From the human T2T-CHM13v2.0 reference genome, Homo sapiens: 64,000 nucleotides of DNA. Below the pieces are notes generated by a model. That model saw nothing but the letters and a program-made list of their open reading frames with translations. It searched no databases and was not told the DNA's origin. Positions 59,214-64,000 of the stretch are shown piece by piece (positions within the stretch are counted from its first letter, which is position 1; every line of letters starts with the position of its first letter). Where the stretch lies: the NCBI RefSeq assembly GCF_009914755.1, contig NC_060926.1, one strand, 5' to 3'. A program made the position numbers and the translations under genes.

Positions 59214-61837
59214 TAGATTGTAGCCAACTTCCTGGCCTCCCAACAAAATTAGGTGCCTTGGGACTGTCCTGAGAAGGAGCCACTTATAGAAAACTAGCTG
59301 AACAGGGAAGAGAGAAATGTTTCATAAAACAGTAGGTCTTCCAATCTGGGTGGTTTTCTAGCACTGCTAGGCACCCCATGCCTCAAGCCCCTACCGTCCT
59401 CCACTGATTAGAGTCGTTAGCAGGACAACAAACAGACCTTTTACTATTCTTCTCAACTTGAGCAATCCATGTTTCCTTTTGCCTGCCAAATTCTACACGC
59501 CCACAGTTCAAATTAGACTGGTTTCTTTGTCAGATAGCGGAAGGGTATCAACCGCAGTACTGTGGGGTTTTTGCCTTGTAACAAAAAATTCACAACGGGA
59601 GCCATATAAAAATGCTAATGTCTCGAATACAAATATGTTGAGACAGAGAGAAATATAATCTCCGCATAGGTGTTCACCAAGTAGATCCTGGCTGAATAAG
59701 AGCATTTCAGCCTTAAGTGCTCAGTCTGCAATCCAAGAATCTCAACAGAGGTTTAAAAGAAAAATTAATTCTATGGCAGTAGAGATGTTTTGGGCTTTTT
59801 AAGTGAAAATCAATCTGCTGATATTATTCCCTATAAATCTCGACTTCCATCTCCCCTCATTCGACCTAGTGACAGTTAACCGAAAAAACTTTTTGCCAAT
59901 GATAATAAACATTTGTGCTTCTGCAATGGCTTGGAAGCCTCTCTCGAATGGATGAGTTAGGAGCTCACTGCAGCATAAGCATTGATAACTGACTGGCAGC
60001 CAAGGAATGCTTCCCATTATCCAGAGGTTCATGGCCAGCAAGTTTAACTGCATGATGTCCGAATCCTCTTCTGAAGGCTCAGGTGCCACCATGATCTTTC
60101 TCTAGGTTTTTATTTCTAATTTTCATATGCCCCTGAGCTCCTTAACTAATTCACTTTGGTGAGCTAAGAGGGGGAGCAAAAGAGGAGATGTACGTTTACG
60201 GCCCGCATGATCTTTACACAGTCCAGGGATATGAAATGTCAGTGAGGGACCCCCTAATACTTCCCTTTTATCCTTTGATCCACATTTCAGGGAACTGAGC
60301 TCATGCTCCTTTTCCTTCTGAATAGAAACAGAAAAAAAAAATCACGTTTTAGATCAATAAATAGAGAAGATGTCTCTTCCTCGCTTTCTGCAGATAAAGT
60401 GTGGCCCACAGCCATGGGGCCCTCTCTGGGCCTAAAATAACCTCAGTCATTGTCATTTGGAGCAGGCCTTGACATTGGTGGAGGACTTGGAAATGCCAGT
60501 CCTGTTCCCCAGGTGATTCTAATGAGGTAAAGTAATGCAAGTAAGCCCAAACACGTGGCATTTATAGGTAACACCAGAAGAAATTTTTGCATCTCTATGG
60601 AGATACATAGTTCCAAAACATTTTAACATTTTTTCCATTAGATGTCTACAATCTTGTGTAGTAAGCAGGGCCGTGTCATTATTCCTGTTTTGTGAATGAA
60701 AACACAAGAGCCTCAAAGGTTGGGGCAGTTAATTAAAGGTAAAACAGAAACAGAAACCTAGATTGTCTTACTCCTAATCCTAGGTTCTTACCTAGACCCT
60801 GCTATTCTTTCTGCTTCATGACCCTACGATTCCTGTGCCAGCAGGATGGTTGGCAAGATAGTGCCCTAGATCCTCCTCCACCCACCTAGGTTCTCTGTGC
60901 CACACTGCTTACCATCTTCGCATCCTGTAAAAGTATTCCCTCCAGATGGGAGAAGAAATGCTTTCATTACTAGATGTAATATTGGCTAACAGGTAGTACC
61001 CCTACCAAGGTATTTTAATTTTAACAGAGATCTAAGCTTTAAGATATTCCCCCACTGAATAAATACTTCTTGAGCAACTGCTTCACGCCAGGAACAAATT
61101 GCTTTGAGCTCTGAAAATTCAACCGTTACCAAGTCAGAAAAATGACTTGCCTTCAGGGGGCTTACTGTATTCCAGTGGCATTCTCACTTTACTTGTGGAA
61201 CAAAGACCATATGGTGGAATTTCAGGCGTCCTTTTATGGTCAGAAGAAGACTTTGGCAATTTTTTTATGCTTATTTTTTTCCCTAATAGACGTTACCATT
61301 CCTCTTCCTTGCCTGCTAGCTACCGTGTCTCCCCCTGGGTGAGCAACACATGGTTATTTTCAAGGTTGACCTATATTTACCTACTTTTAGGTTTTACTAC
61401 TGCTATGAAATTCAAATGAATCCCACACGGTCTGTGAAAGTGAGCCTATGACCGGAGCACTCCATCATCTCAAAGGAGAGCATGTGGAGGGCTTTCCCGT
61501 TCACCTACTGATACAATTAAACATTCGAAGCCACACAGATAAAAACCTTCACTTCCATGTCACATCTTCACGGGTGAAAGAAGGATTGCTGATGTTAAGC
61601 AACTCTGAATCATGGAGAGTTGGTTGCTTCCATTCTAATAGTAATAAAACACAAGCTATACAGGAAAACAAAATGCCACATGACATTCTCATTGTAATCA
61701 ACTATTCAGCATGAGGGAGACTGATTTTATTGAACTGAAGAGAGATAAATTGAAAGGACAGAATCAACTTAGTACAGAACCATCTAAAACCTCTAGCTCT
61801 AGAAATAAATCTCGTTTTTTTTTTCTCTTTTTTGCAG

Positions 61838-61915
61838 AAAGTAAACCCAAAAAGGGTGTAACCTACCCATCAGCTCTTACATACTCATCATCGAAAAGTC
61901 CAGCTGCCCAAGCAG
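61838..61915 (+). CDS. VIT: Vitrin exon 6, ESKPKKGVTYPSALTYSSSKSPAAQA(G), start of Ser/Thr/Pro-rich linker
   Basis: Strong polypyrimidine acceptor ttttttctctttttttgcag; 78 nt, phase 1-1; donor is the GC-type CAG|gcaagt at 61916. Confidence 0.92.
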
Positions 61916-62040
61916 GCAAGTGCTCACGTGTGATTGAATCTAAACCTTCTGAGTCCATGAACACGCGACGTGTTTTGGGAGATAGCGGAGAAATTAACAT
62001 CTTAACCGGTCAAGCTCCACTGGCTCTGGCAATATTTTAA
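61916..62040 (+). CDS. VIT: Putative read-through extension of exon 6 (KCSRVIESKPSESMNTRRVLGDSGEINILTGQAPLALAIF*), giving a 203-aa LCCL-only isoform
   Basis: Frame stays open past the GC donor to TAA at 62038-62040 (ORF track 61711..62040). Total CDS would be 612 nt. Expression is inferred, not shown. Confidence 0.55.
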
Positions 62041-62775
62041 CAGATGCCAGGAACATGGGCACAGAAATCAATGAGATCAGATGGCTGGGGCTGAAGAATG
62101 AAAGCTTTATTTTTTGTTTTTGCAATTCCGAGATTGTGTCTCTATATTTGTGTCATTTTCATTCAGATTGACTGTTGCCTTGAGTTTTAATGTATTGTTG
62201 CTTTAGAAAATGACATGACATTCTGTCCGGAAATGTTTCCTGGCAGCTAAAAGGAAAAAGCTGTATCTACTTAGGTATGAAATGAAGAGAAGCAAAGAGA
62301 ACGAGGTGGTTTATGTGATAACAGCAAGCTGCTCATCCAAATAACCCAGGCCAAAAATACACTGTCTACAAGGTTGTGCCAACTCAGCTTTCATGTGAAC
62401 CACAAAAGGGAGTATCGGTAGACCTCAGGCCAAGAAAATACCTTTTTCCAGGTTTCTGTGTTAAATCAAGAACTGTACTATGCATTATTGTATCTCCAGA
62501 GGTGTTTTGATTTCCCACACAAAGAGAAACTGTGAGTCGCTTTATAACGGGATTTTGCATTGCTTCCAGAAACTTGATAGGCTAGCTAATACATTATGAG
62601 CCTGATAGTTCAGGTTCTGTTCATGTACTTAAGGTGAACACGGTTTAAGAATAGCAGTAGAACTTAGCATTTATTGAGCATTTGCTGTATGCCAGGCATC
62701 ATTCCAAGAATTTTACCTGATCATTGTGTTTAATCACCGTAGACCACCATCGGCCTATACTATTACTCTGGCTGA

Positions 62776-63162
<387 letters not shown>

Positions 63163-64000
63163 CATTCTAGATTTTCTTATGCTAATAGTACGTATATAGA
63201 TCGCTGATTTCCTGATTTGAGGAGCCTTAGCATACAAATAAGGAATTTTTTTTGTCTTTTCTCTTAATTACTGCTCCAGCTCTATCTTTAATTACTTTTT
63301 AATGGATCCAGTGGTCTAGTCCTGTTTGTTTAGTTTCAAGGATAGAGCTGTTCCCCACCTCCACCCGTGAACTGGCAGTGGGTCTGGTGCCTCGTGGGCC
63401 ATTTCTGAGATATCGCTTGTCCTCTTTTGACCTGGGCACAGAGACGAAGAATGGGTGACAGGTCTCCTTAAGTGGCTGGCATCTCTGTTGTTTCATCTGG
63501 CCCTGTGGCTCTGCAGAGCCAGAGGAAAGACTGATTCCTGGGTAGGTGATGTGTGTAGATATCGAAGGCAAGGAGACAGTGTTTAGTTTCATCCTGGCAC
63601 CCTCTTGTTGGGCCAGAAATCTGTGCCCCTCACTCCTTTCTCCAAGGTAGATACGGATGCCTGGTTCCAGCAGCCCCCTGGGGCAGCCCCTTCCCACAGA
63701 GCCATGGGAACAGCCAGGCTTCTCTTTGGCACCCTCAGGTCTGAGAACTGGGATGGGGTGAGGTCACCTCCCTCCTCGCATTTTGCTGCATGAGCCCTGC
63801 TGGCATGAGCCACTCCAGCTGCACCCCTCCCCCTCTCAGAGATCCCTAGGGCAGAAACAGTCCCCAGGTTCACATAAAGCCCCCAACTTCAGGGACCACA
63901 TGTCAAGCACCCCCTATTTTTACCATGAGTGGAAGAGCACTTCTAGACTCCCAGAATACACCCCCAAAACTCTGCGAGCTCTGTTGCTGTATTGCACACG

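Noticed and set aside
61711-61837. 5' part of ORF 61711..62040 (MRETDF...FFFLFFA)
   Set aside because: Intronic sequence including the polypyrimidine tract; only 61838 onward is supported as coding.
61930-61950. VIESKP in the read-through tail echoes VLESKP at the exon 5/6 junction
   Set aside because: Only a 4-6 residue match with different codons; compatible with chance.

Overview
Human (primate) genomic DNA, rich in Alu, L1, L2, MIR, LTR and DNA-transposon remnants. It contains the 5' part of the VIT (vitrin) gene on the + strand. Five coding exons were reconstructed by hand from splice signals and frame: 19266-19317, 32298-32363, 45967-46123, 57787-57920 and 61838-61915. They splice in frame to MRTVVLTMKASVIEMFLVLLVTGVHS-NKETAKKIKRPKFT-[LCCL domain]-ESKPKKGVTYPSALTYSSSKSPAAQAG. 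The non-coding first exon is not identifiable here and probably lies just upstream. The two VWA domains of vitrin lie downstream of the window. Nearly all ORFs in the supplied track are Alu/L1-derived or random. I see no evidence of a wholly new multi-gene system. The most interesting signal is at the last exon: it ends in a non-canonical GC donor (CAG|GCAAGT), and the frame stays open, CpG-rich, for 40 more codons. This predicts a 203-aa LCCL-only vitrin. Other points of note are a consensus-like AluYa5 nested in a Tigger3 element near exon 3, a trimeric Alu, two Alus sharing a triplicated target site, and inverted Alu pairs around exons. Repeat subfamily names come from recalled consensus motifs and need RepeatMasker/Dfam confirmation.
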